Assembly (NCBI GenBank): GCA_963846575.1
Contig: CAWJWJ010000002.1
Location: 512,001-576,000, forward strand
Direction: 5' to 3'
Source: an uncultured Nitrospiraceae bacterium
Lineage (GTDB): Bacteria > Nitrospirota > Nitrospiria > Nitrospirales > Nitrospiraceae
Length of the DNA: 64,000 bases
Shown here: piece by piece, positions 8,585 through 17,898 of the stretch
Layout of the letters: each line of letters opens with the position of its first letter
Position numbering within the stretch: the first letter of the stretch is position 1
The notes under the pieces: model-generated
Databases searched by the model: none
What the model was told of the DNA's origin: nothing
What the model saw: the letters and a program-made list of their open reading frames with translations, nothing else
Program-made: the position numbers and the translations under genes

Positions 8585-11341
8585 ATGCCATCTTTGCTAC
8601 CACCGAATGACCAAATCCAGGCGGCACTATATCTAGCCGCCATCGTCGATTCGTCCGACGACGCCATCATCAGTAAGAATTTGTCCGGAGTCATCCAGAG
8701 TTGGAACCGAGCCGCTGAGCGCATTTTTGGTTATACGCGCGAAGAAGCCGTCGGACAATCAATTCTGCTCGTGATCCCGCCCGACTTGCAACACGAAGAA
8801 GCATATATTTTGGAGCGCTTGCGCAAGGGAGAGCGCATCAGCAATTTTGAGACGACGCGACGTCGAAAAGATGGAACCCTGGTTGATATCTCGTTAACCA
8901 TTTCACCGATTCGTACAAACGAGGGGCACATTAGCGGAGCGTCGAAAATCGCACGTGACATCACCGAGCAAAAAGCAGCCCGGGCCCGATTGGAGGAAAC
9001 TCAGGAACGACTGACCGTTACCTTGCAAAGCATCGGCGACGCTGTCCTCGCCACAGACGCGGAGGCCCGCGTGACATTTGCCAATTCGGTGGCTGAAACA
9101 TTACTGGGTCGCTCCAAACATGAAATGCTGGGCCAACCGCTAGCGACAATCTTTACTATCGTTCATGAAGACACACGACAGCCTATTCAGAGCCCAGTGG
9201 ACGACGTCTTACAAAATTCTAAAGCAGCCAGTCTTGCCAACCACACAATTTTGGTGCGTCCCGACGGTTCGGAACTGCCTATCGATGATAGCGCCGCACC
9301 TATTTTGAACTCGAGAGGACAGTTATTGGGCGTCGTCTTAGTGTTCCGGGATGTGACGCAGCGGCGCAGTATGCATCGCTTGGCCACGCAATTTTCCGCA
9401 ATCGTCGCCTCTTCCGACGATGCCATCATCAGCAAGAACCTCAGCGGGATCGTATTGACCTGGAATCGCGGCGCGGAGCGGATCTTTGGATATTCTGCCA
9501 ATGACATGATCGGGCAATCCATCACTAGAATTATTCCGGCAGATCGGCTAACGGAAGAACGGGAGATTCTCACACGGTTGGCACGAGGCGAGCACATTGA
9601 CCACTATGAGACCGTGCGGCAAAAACAGGATGGGACCTTATGCAACATCTCGCTCACCGTCTCGCCTATTAAGGATGAGAACGAACGAATTATTGGTGCG
9701 TCTAAAATTGCCCGGGACATCACCGTCCAGAAGCTCGCCAAGCGAACCATCGAGGAAGCACAGGAGCGGTGGCTAGTCACGTTAGCCAGCATTGGGGATG
9801 CCGTGATTGCGACCGATGCGGAGGCGAAAATCACATTCGCCAATGCCGTTGCAACACACCTCATGGGCCGCACCTTGGATGAGGTCGTAGGGAAGCCGTT
9901 AGTTGATCATTTCCACATCGTGAATGAAGACTCACGACACCGCGTCGAAAGCCCAGTGGACCGTGTGATCCGGGAGGGCGTGGTGGTGGGCTTAGCTAAC
10001 CATACGGTCCTAATTCGCCCCGACGGCACTGATGTGCCTATCGACGACAGTGCGGCACCGATTCGAGATGCGAAGGGGCAACTATTGGGAGTGGTCTTAA
10101 TCTTCCGTGACATTACGGAACGAAAGCGCACGGAGAAAGAGCTATCCCAGTGGCGGACCGAGTTAGAACGGAGGGTAGAGGAACGCACCGAGCAGCTAGT
10201 TCGCTCACAGGACCGACTTCGCGCATTGGCGATTCAATTAAATCGGACTGAGCAACGTGAGCGACGTCGCCTGGCGACAAATCTTCACGATTATCTGGCC
10301 CAACTCCTTGCCTTGGCTCGTATCAAACTAGGTCAAGCCAGGCGCCCATCCAGTCGGGTTTCAGCCCAAGATCAGCCGACACTCACAGAAGTTGATACTC
10401 TGCTTGAGGACTGCCTCCGGTATACCCGCACGCTGATGGGTCAACTGAGCCCGTCTGTATTGGTTGACATTGGATTCGTCCCAGCTCTTCAATGGCTGGC
10501 TCAACAGATGGGGCAGCAAGGGCTCACTGTCGCCGTGCAGGTGCTCACGCCCAATATGCCGCGGTTACCTGACACCACGGCCGATCTACTTTTTCAGTCG
10601 GTTCGAGAACTCCTGTTTAATGTGCTCAAGCACGCCCGCGTATCCGACGCCATCATTTCCGTGGAGCAGCGTGAGGGCGGCGATTGGGTCATTTCATTGG
10701 AGGATCAAGGAGTAGGCTTCGATCCGGCTTTAATGCGACAACGACTCGGTGATGGACATTTCGGGCTATTCAGCATCCAAGAGCGAATGGAAGCCATAGC
10801 CGGTTGGTGTCATATCCACTCGGCTCCGGGAGGTGGCACCCGCATCGAATTAGGTCTAGCCGTGCCGAATGACGCTGAGAGGCCTTCCCCTGCAAGGCTA
10901 CCATCTAAGCCCCGCGCAACCGATCACGGCATCAAGGACATACCTGTTTCTTGCACGCGCGTGTTACTTGTAGATGATCATGCCATGGTCCGACAAGGGC
11001 TTCGTAGTATCCTTGATAATTATGATGATTTGGAAATCGTCGCCGAGGCCGTGGATGGCGAAGAAGCTGTGTCACTCACGCACCGGCTCCAACCGGATGT
11101 CGTCCTGATGGACATCAACCTTCCTCGTCTCAATGGAATTGATGCTACACGGAAAATAAAGCAGGCGTGGCCGCACATCATCGTTATTGGTTTGTCGGTG
11201 CAATCTTCGCCCCAAACGCTCCAAGCTTTTGTTGAAGCTGGAGGAGCCGACTTAATCAGTAAAGAGCAAGCAACGGAAGACTTACATTCCACAATCCAAG
11301 AGTTTGTGGAATCATCGGGCCGGAGGGGAGAGATTAACTGA
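8585..11341 (+). CDS. Hybrid sensor kinase: 4 PAS/PAC, HisKA_3, HATPase_c, C-terminal receiver
   Basis: Repeated SSDDAIISKNL and SIGDAV PAS units; ERRRLATNLHD; DQGVGF; VLLVDDH...DVVLMDI. Confidence 0.93.
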   Translation: MPSLLPPNDQIQAALYLAAIVDSSDDAIISKNLSGVIQSWNRAAERIFGYTREEAVGQSILLVIPPDLQHEEAYILERLRKGERISNFETTRRRKDGTLVDISLTISPIRTNEGHISGASKIARDITEQKAARARLEETQERLTVTLQSIGDAVLATDAEARVTFANSVAETLLGRSKHEMLGQPLATIFTIVHEDTRQPIQSPVDDVLQNSKAASLANHTILVRPDGSELPIDDSAAPILNSRGQLLGVVLVFRDVTQRRSMHRLATQFSAIVASSDDAIISKNLSGIVLTWNRGAERIFGYSANDMIGQSITRIIPADRLTEEREILTRLARGEHIDHYETVRQKQDGTLCNISLTVSPIKDENERIIGASKIARDITVQKLAKRTIEEAQERWLVTLASIGDAVIATDAEAKITFANAVATHLMGRTLDEVVGKPLVDHFHIVNEDSRHRVESPVDRVIREGVVVGLANHTVLIRPDGTDVPIDDSAAPIRDAKGQLLGVVLIFRDITERKRTEKELSQWRTELERRVEERTEQLVRSQDRLRALAIQLNRTEQRERRRLATNLHDYLAQLLALARIKLGQARRPSSRVSAQDQPTLTEVDTLLEDCLRYTRTLMGQLSPSVLVDIGFVPALQWLAQQMGQQGLTVAVQVLTPNMPRLPDTTADLLFQSVRELLFNVLKHARVSDAIISVEQREGGDWVISLEDQGVGFDPALMRQRLGDGHFGLFSIQERMEAIAGWCHIHSAPGGGTRIELGLAVPNDAERPSPARLPSKPRATDHGIKDIPVSCTRVLLVDDHAMVRQGLRSILDNYDDLEIVAEAVDGEEAVSLTHRLQPDVVLMDINLPRLNGIDATRKIKQAWPHIIVIGLSVQSSPQTLQAFVEAGGADLISKEQATEDLHSTIQEFVESSGRRGEIN

Positions 11342-12150
11342 TTAGTGTCTGGAACTAGTCAATTGGTCAATTGAGGAAGAAGCGTTGCGCGCGCAGTGAG
11401 GCACATACCACAAATGGATTCGTGTCGGTGCAGAAGTCATTTGCCCTGGAGTGCTGATTGCCGTATATAACAAACCAGCCTGCAGGATTGTTGGATGAGC
11501 CCACTCAGCCCAACTAGTAGATATATTCTCTTTTCTCATCAAAACCGGTCCTATTGGCCTCCTCGTCCAGGAGGCAATTTAGTCGCAGCCATAAGCGCCT
11601 CTCAGCGGACTAACGCTTACATGCGCGTCTTTACGCTCACTTTCAATTAGCTTGCTCATGGACAATTTGTCCGCTGCTCTCACACCTGTAGACCTCCGGT
11701 GCGGCAGTGGATTATTTTAAATAGAGAGCTCTGCCTAACAAGATCAGCGCTCTATGGCGCACACTGGGCGGTGCTGGGCGAGTAACTGGTCCGAACGCTA
11801 CGCCTTTTCTCAGAGAGTCCGGCATTTGTGCAAGGTCAAGGCTGACTAGCGTTAGCTTTTGGCACGTTGCATGATATCCAGTCTGTTTGCCTAAGCACAT
11901 CTCAGAGTCCAGTTTTTCCTCGAAGCATCTGCCTTCCGTTCAGATCAAGTCGATTGATGATCCTTATCTTCTGGATTCCCGTTAAGAGGATGAACATTGA
12001 TTCCGGTCTGACCTCCGGTATGGGGCACAGAGTGATCCTCGACTAGGACACTACAGGATGTCATGCGAAGGGGTTTCCCATGCCTGGCTCTTTGACGACA
12101 AGAATGTTTCTACATGCATATTTTATTGAGTGGAAGTCCAGTCTGTCGAA

Positions 12151-12179
12151 TTGACATATAATATAAAGTATATTAGTGT
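12151..12179 (+). promoter_or_regulatory. Sigma70-type promoter for the mobile core operon
   Basis: TTGACA-17 bp-TAGTGT with AT-rich spacer, 20 bp before ATG 12200. Confidence 0.6.
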
Positions 12180-12199
12180 AAGGTCTAGTCACCTGGAGC

Positions 12200-12457
12200 A
12201 TGCTTAAAATGAAGGTTGAAGGCGCCAAGAACGAAACTTTGCAATTCAAAGTCACCGAGCACGAACGTAAGCTGATTGAGAAGTGCGCTCAGGAGGAAGG
12301 GACAACCGTATCCAAATACGTGCGCGGGGCGGTTCTCATGAGCATGGTGATGGATGGGAAGGCCGAGGCGATCAAGATTGTGGCGAGAGAAGTGGGCGAG
12401 AAGGCGTTTGCGGTGGTGCGGCAGAAATTAACCCGACCGGCACAGGAAGGACGCTGA
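12200..12457 (+). CDS. Ribbon-helix-helix DNA-binding protein (CopG/MobC/DUF1778-like)
   Basis: TLQFKVTEHERKLIEKCAQEEGTTVSKYVR strand-helix-helix pattern; upstream of rep. Confidence 0.7.
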   Translation: MLKMKVEGAKNETLQFKVTEHERKLIEKCAQEEGTTVSKYVRGAVLMSMVMDGKAEAIKIVAREVGEKAFAVVRQKLTRPAQEGR

Positions 12458-12493
12458 AAAGAGTGCTTTTCGGTTCACCATCAGCAGGCAAAG

Positions 12494-12563
12494 CCGGTCC
12501 GCGCCCCATGCCGGCAGGCTGGGGGGCGGACCGGAATGGCCCCCGTCTTGGTAACACGGGGGC
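12494..12563 (+). other. Putative rolling-circle nick site (dso/oriT) hairpins
   Basis: GCCCCCGT-cttggtaac-ACGGGGGC perfect 8-bp stem at 12539-12563, preceded by ccggtccgc...gcggaccgg stem; directly upstream of Rep_trans gene. Confidence 0.7.
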
Positions 12564-12602
12564 GCTACCTACAGCGCTCCGTACAGGAGGTCGATAGGTT
12601 CC

Positions 12603-13614
12603 ATGGATTCTACCTTCACGCTCTCCATTGATTGGTTGGCCTTTACGGTCCTGGCCAGCAATCCTCAAGAGACCATGAAGGTCCTCGGTGGAGAGTGGAG
12701 TCGGGCCAAAGGTGGCTTTCGAGGCTATCCCCTCTCATGGGTCAAGACAGATGGACTGCGAGGAGTGGGCAAACTGGGCACGAACGCGCCTCGTCGTCCG
12801 AATGAAATCCATGTCGATCTCTCTGGCGGTTTGGTTTCTGCGCTCACACTCGATCAGATTCGAGTGCTTCTGAAGTGGGTCCATGCCCAGCAAGGGCACG
12901 TGACTCGAATCGACTGTGCCCTCGATGATCGAGCTGCAACCGTCTCCGTCTCGACGGTTCGAGAGGCCGTCGCTGCTGGTCAGTGTGTGACCCGTGCAGC
13001 TCAGGTTCGACACATTGTCTCCAACCTGACGCATGGGAACGGAGCGACGACCGGCGAGACGATGTATTTCGGCAGTCCACAGAGCCAGACCCTCTTGCGC
13101 ATTTATGACAAACGGCTCGAACTTAAGAGTAAGGGCCAAGAGAACTGGCAGGACTACGGTACTCGGTGGGAACTAGAACTCAAGAAGGATCGGGCTGACC
13201 AATGTGCCCGCGCATTGGCCACCTTAGACGAAGCCGACTGGAAGGAGTTGGTGATCGGCTTACTCCGGTCCTATGTGGATTTCCGGCAGATCCCGAAGGA
13301 TGCCGAGGATGAAGAACGCTACCGGGCTCCCAGTGCTGGAGTGGTACGCCATTCTGACGGAGGGATTTCAGAAGGGGCGATTAGCCCAGGAGACGCAGGT
13401 GCAGACCCTGCAAGATGTGAAACGATGGGTGAGCGACACCCTGACGCCAATGCTGGCGGTCATCTGTGCCACCCCTGGAGGGGAAGAATGGCTACAGCAC
13501 GAAATAGTCAGGGGCATCTCCCGGTGGAAAGACCGGCACCGGAACTTGCTCAAACAACCACCCACTCGGTTTCACACGTCGTCTGCCGGCGGGAACGCGG
13601 GCAGGCCATGTTAG
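12603..13614 (+). pseudogene. Rep_trans family replication initiator / MOBT-like relaxase, with one frameshift near 13330
   Basis: IDWLAFT, TRIDCALDD, GETMYFGS, LRIYDK and RWELELK motifs; C-terminus (VLEWYAIL...KRWVSDTLTP) continues in another frame. Confidence 0.85.
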
Positions 13615-13656
13615 GGGGACTGGGGGTGTCGCGAGACGCCCCCGGTGTATGTGCAC

Positions 13657-13968
13657 ATGCTCACCGTCAAAGAGCTCTCGGCTTGGCTCAACATCAAGTC
13701 GTCCACACTCTACCTCTGGGTTTCACGGAACAAGATTCCGTGCTGTCGCATTCATGGGCTCATCCGATTCGAACCTGAGGCCATACAAGCCTGGCTGAAG
13801 GGCTTTGGGGCCAACCCCGTCAAGCCGTGCCCACTGCCGACCCGCCAGGATTCCAACGACGTAGACCACCTGATTGCCGCGGCCAAACGTGCCGTCTATA
13901 CTCCCCGCCACGGGGAAACCATCACACCGAGCCCACGCACGAAGGAGGAGCAGCATGGGGCTCGTTAA
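13657..13968 (+). CDS. Excisionase-like HTH protein (HTH_17)
   Basis: MLTVKELSAWLNIKSSTLYLWVSRNKIP..RI..LIRF; overlaps integrase start. Confidence 0.85.
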   Translation: MLTVKELSAWLNIKSSTLYLWVSRNKIPCCRIHGLIRFEPEAIQAWLKGFGANPVKPCPLPTRQDSNDVDHLIAAAKRAVYTPRHGETITPSPRTKEEQHGAR

Positions 13969-15040
13969 ACGGAACAATACATGGTGGATGTCATTTACGT
14001 ATCAGGGGCAGCAAGTCCGAAGGTCGACAGGGACGGCGGACAAGCGAATGGCTGAGGCGATTCTCGGCAAAGTGAAGGCTCAGGTTATTGAAGGGCGCTT
14101 CTTCGAGAAACCGAAGGAAAATTTAAAAACGTTCACCGAACTGATGGATCGGTATCTGAGGGAACATGCTAGCCGGCGAGCGAACTATCGACGGTATGTG
14201 GACATGGTGAAGAATTTGAAGACCTTCTTCGGGAACCCCAGTCTAGTGCAAGTCACGCCAAAGACCATTGTGGCATACAAGAACAAACGGTATGCCGATG
14301 GGGTGAAGCCTGCCACGATAAATCGGGAACTCGCGTTACTAAAAAAAGCCTTCAATTTGGCCTGCCGCGAGTGGGAATGGACAGAGGACAATCCCGTCTG
14401 CCGAGTTTCTATGGAGAAAGAGCAGAACGCGCGAGACCGTTGGTTGACTGAGGATGAGGAGGCGAGGCTGTTCGCAGTTGCTCTGCCGTGGGTCAAAGAA
14501 GTCGTGATCTTTGCCATACATACTGGTATGCGGAGAGGCGAAATTCTGGCACTCACGTGGGCTGGAGTGAATTTCACTCGTCGAACCGTGACTGTCTTTC
14601 AATCGAAAAACGGAGAGCGGCGCACAATTCCGGTGAACCAAACGGTCTTGGATTTGCTCGCGCAGAAACGTGCGCAGAGGAGTGGATCGACAAGGATTCT
14701 GGAACAGGATGTCGTCTTCGTCAGTCAATCTGCCACTCCATTGGATAGCAGCAACCTTCGTCGAAGGTTTATCAGCTCTCTCAAAACCGCACAGATCACG
14801 GACCTTCACTTCCATGATCTTCGCCACACTTTCGCAACGCGGCTGGTTCAGGCTGGAGTAGATCTTTATAAGGTTCAACGACTGCTGGGGCATAAGTCAC
14901 CGACGATGACTCAGCGGTATGCCCATCATTATCCTGAAAGTTTGCGGGATGGAGTAGAGGTGTTGGACCGAAAGGGGAGGATTAGCACAAATTTAGCACA
15001 GCGAGGAGAAGCGGCAACTTCTGTTTCTCTAAATTGTTGA
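13955..15040 (+). CDS. Tyrosine recombinase/integrase (intact)
   Basis: N-terminal arm-binding region; TGMRRGE, HDLRHT, LGH and RY catalytic motifs; GGAGG RBS. Confidence 0.95.
   Translation: MGLVKRNNTWWMSFTYQGQQVRRSTGTADKRMAEAILGKVKAQVIEGRFFEKPKENLKTFTELMDRYLREHASRRANYRRYVDMVKNLKTFFGNPSLVQVTPKTIVAYKNKRYADGVKPATINRELALLKKAFNLACREWEWTEDNPVCRVSMEKEQNARDRWLTEDEEARLFAVALPWVKEVVIFAIHTGMRRGEILALTWAGVNFTRRTVTVFQSKNGERRTIPVNQTVLDLLAQKRAQRSGSTRILEQDVVFVSQSATPLDSSNLRRRFISSLKTAQITDLHFHDLRHTFATRLVQAGVDLYKVQRLLGHKSPTMTQRYAHHYPESLRDGVEVLDRKGRISTNLAQRGEAATSVSLNC
14982..15000 (+). repeat. Putative arm-type site, element A right end (inside integrase 3' end)
   Basis: ttagcacaaatttagcaca, 45 bp before the core. 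Confidence 0.75.
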
Positions 15041-15045
15041 AAGAT

Positions 15046-15122
15046 TGGTGCCCCCGGCCTGAATTGAACAGGCGACCTTCGGTTTAGGAAACCGCTGCTC
15101 TATCCAACTGAGCTACGGGGGC
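15046..15122 (-). tRNA. tRNA-Arg(CCT)
   Basis: GCCCCCG TA GCTC..GAGC A GCGGT TTCCTAA ACCGA AGGTC GCCTG TTCAATT CAGGC CGGGGGC ACCA. Confidence 0.95.
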
Positions 15123-15940
15123 ATTCAGAAATGTTCGCTACCTTACACCACTGCATTCGTCGCCTCAAGGGCCGATTGCGCTATATCGCAACAAATGATG
15201 ACAGGTGACCAGATGCCCCCTATGGAGAGGCTCGGGGTCTGCCCGAAGACTCGGGGCAATGGACTGGTGGCGCAGCACCATGCCAGATCGGATGTTCAGA
15301 CTGTTGGTTCCTGACTTGATGATTTCCTACAGGGAAACGAGTATTCTTCCGCCGACGAACGGCTGCCCGTGCAGCTCAAATGAGGATCACCGCCAGGAGG
15401 CAATCCCATTCTCGACCAGGCCTCCGTCTTTTCTTCGAGGCAGAGGAGCTTGATACCATGCTCAACCGATGCAGCCTGTTATCGACGTTCCCCGACCAGC
15501 GTGATTCAGCAGTCCTATCCCGAAGCCGGCCTATAGCCGGCTGGCCTCCAGAAAAACCGGCACCGTTCGTCGTTAACAGCGGAAGGTGGCGCGCAGCACA
15601 GGCACATCCCCCAGCAGCGCTACAGCCATTCAGGTTTGTCCGCGTGAGTCTTCGTACAACGGCCTCTGATCCGGACGCAGACTCGCAGTCCGATCCATGT
15701 TTGTTAGTTGCCAAGCTCCATGCTTCGGCAGGGCTTTGACGTTGACCGGATAGGCAGGCGCTCCCGAAGGCGGCGGACACGCTCCTGGATCACACTCTTG
15801 ACCTTGATCGTGCGGAGGACAGATCGTGATGCGTTATCGTCCCAGTAAGCATGACAGATCAGGTGGGAGACTGCCGCCGCGCAGCGGCGGCTTTGTCACC
15901 CTCCCGGCACACCCACCCGGGGAGCAGTGATCCACAACAC

Positions 15941-17158
15941 ATGTCCACTCCAGCCATTGAGGACAGTCGCGGTGCAAAGGTGAGTAGGCCGCACACGGTG
16001 ATTCTGGTCGGGGCTGGCCACGCCCATTTGTATGTGGCTTCCCGAGCGGAACACCTCGTCGAGCAGGGGGCGCGTGTCATCCTTGTCGATCCGACGGGGT
16101 TCTGGTATTCAGGGCTGGCCACAGGGATGTTGGGAGGGATGTACGAGCCTGAGGCGGATCAGGTGGATGCTCGAGCATTGATCGAGGCGCATGGGGGGGA
16201 GTTCCTCCAGGACCGGGTCGATGCGGTGGACGCGGGGGCGAGGAAGGTGCATCTGGCCTGCGGGCTTACTCTGGCCTATGACTATCTGTCAATCAATGTC
16301 GGCAGTCGAGTGAATGTCGATGCCATTCCCGGCGCGATGGACGATCCCAATGTCTGGTCCGTCAAACCGATCCATAATCTGTGGAAACTACGTGAGCATT
16401 TGGAAAGTCGGTTTCGCGCGCGCGAGATGCCGCGGGTCGCCGTGGTGGGCGGCGGCCCGACAGGCTCGGAGGTAACGGCTAATTTGGCCGCGCTGGCCGC
16501 ACGGTATGACATGGCGATGCGAGTGACCCTCATTACCAGTAGCGAGCGGCTGATCCCGGAGGCTCCGCGGGGCGCCGCGCAGGCGCTGCAACGAAAATTG
16601 ACCAGCCGCGGGGTGATTATCCGCACACAGACTCATGTGGTCCGCCGCGCGGCCGGTTTTTTGCTCGTGGAAGATGGCAGCCGCATCGATGCCGATCTTG
16701 TCGTGCTGGCGCTTGGATTAGAAGCCCAACCGCTCGTGTACGCCACCGGCCTGCCGACCCATCCCAAGAACGGGCTGCGTATCAACGCCATGTTGCAATC
16801 GATCGCTGACGAGCGGGTGTTCGCGGCCGGCGATTGTGCTTCTATGGAGGGTTTCGATCTCCCCAGGCTGGGCGTGTTCGGTGTGCGCCAAGCGGTGTGC
16901 CTTTATGCCAATCTCTTGGCCAGCTTGAGAGGGAAACCGCTGACCGAATACGAACCTCAGACGCGCTATCTCGCCATCCTCAATCTTGGCGACGGCTCGG
17001 CGTTGTCGACGTGGGGACCGTTCTGGTGGAACGGACGCTCCAGCATGTGGCTGAAAGACTGGATCGACCGTGACTTTCTCGAAGGCTACCGGCGGCAGTA
17101 CGACCAGACGCCCAAGGACCAGCGCCTAAAACCGGATCGGAAAGGGGATCAGTCGTAA
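15941..17158 (+). CDS. FAD-dependent pyridine nucleotide-disulphide oxidoreductase (NDH-2/SelD N-terminal-like)
   Basis: VGAGHAH, VVGGGPTGSE, FAAGDCA motifs; start uncertain (15851 possible). Confidence 0.85.
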   Translation: MSTPAIEDSRGAKVSRPHTVILVGAGHAHLYVASRAEHLVEQGARVILVDPTGFWYSGLATGMLGGMYEPEADQVDARALIEAHGGEFLQDRVDAVDAGARKVHLACGLTLAYDYLSINVGSRVNVDAIPGAMDDPNVWSVKPIHNLWKLREHLESRFRAREMPRVAVVGGGPTGSEVTANLAALAARYDMAMRVTLITSSERLIPEAPRGAAQALQRKLTSRGVIIRTQTHVVRRAAGFLLVEDGSRIDADLVVLALGLEAQPLVYATGLPTHPKNGLRINAMLQSIADERVFAAGDCASMEGFDLPRLGVFGVRQAVCLYANLLASLRGKPLTEYEPQTRYLAILNLGDGSALSTWGPFWWNGRSSMWLKDWIDRDFLEGYRRQYDQTPKDQRLKPDRKGDQS

Positions 17159-17898
17159 CGCTCATCATGACATCGGCAAGTTGCCGCTGGAGCAACGGTG
17201 ATGATGGCAGCGCTGTGGCCGGCTCTGAGTCATTCAAGTCCTTGCCGACCCTGTCACCCGCCAGAATTAGAGTGACGGATTGTCCCCGAATCTCACCACC
17301 TCTGTCTCGCCTTGATATCCGCCTTGATGGGATCGCTGGGTTCCGTCATAGATCAGCAGTTCGGCTCTCATCGGTATCTTGATGTTGATGGGTGTCCGCA
17401 CCGAGCCGCCTGACGGGCTTTAGATGATGATGGGCGTATGAGAATGCGGCATTGGGGTGTGAATGCCCCTCAAGCCTGCGACGGGAAGCACGGATCCATT
17501 CGTTCAAGTGAAGCTCGGAGGCAGCGACCTGCCGACTATCAGGTTGTGTCAACTATCGCCGGCCGTCTTTTGTTCAGATGCTCCCCTCCCGTCCTCGAGG
17601 GGCCGGAGCGTTCCATGCACGAGTTCTTAAGTCAGCGGCGCTCCCCGGTAATACAGCTCCACGTCGAAGTCCCTGGAGGTTGGCCAGGTTTTTACCCTGA
17701 GGCGCTATGGCAGAACGTTTGGATAAAATTGCTCCCTCGTACAAGCATTTGTCGAGGGTTGTCCAGGGGCTTCCCTAGCTGGGATTCTGTTGACGAACCT
17801 TTAGCATACTTCCAGGTAGCCGACAGATAGTGCACAGGTCGCTATTGGGCATAGCGGTGCAAGGCGCTGAAAGAGTGATATCCAGGAGGCATGCGACC

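Larger units (their letters stand above)
5589..15090. mobile_element. Integrative element A (~9.5 kb) with RHH, Rep_trans, excisionase and integrase; IME-like
   Basis: Perfect 45-bp direct repeats, intact integrase converging on the tRNA, TTAGCACAAATTTAGCACA near both ends. Confidence 0.9.

Noticed and set aside
11342..12150. Short ORFs in the AT-richer gap between the kinase and RHH genes
   Set aside because: No recognisable motifs or good RBS; probably eroded DNA.
5589..15090. Element A as a filamentous prophage or complete ICE
   Set aside because: No Zot/pI ATPase, coat proteins, T4SS or coupling protein visible.
15123..15850. Overlapping ORFs right of the tRNA
   Set aside because: Mutually overlapping, no motifs; not supportable.
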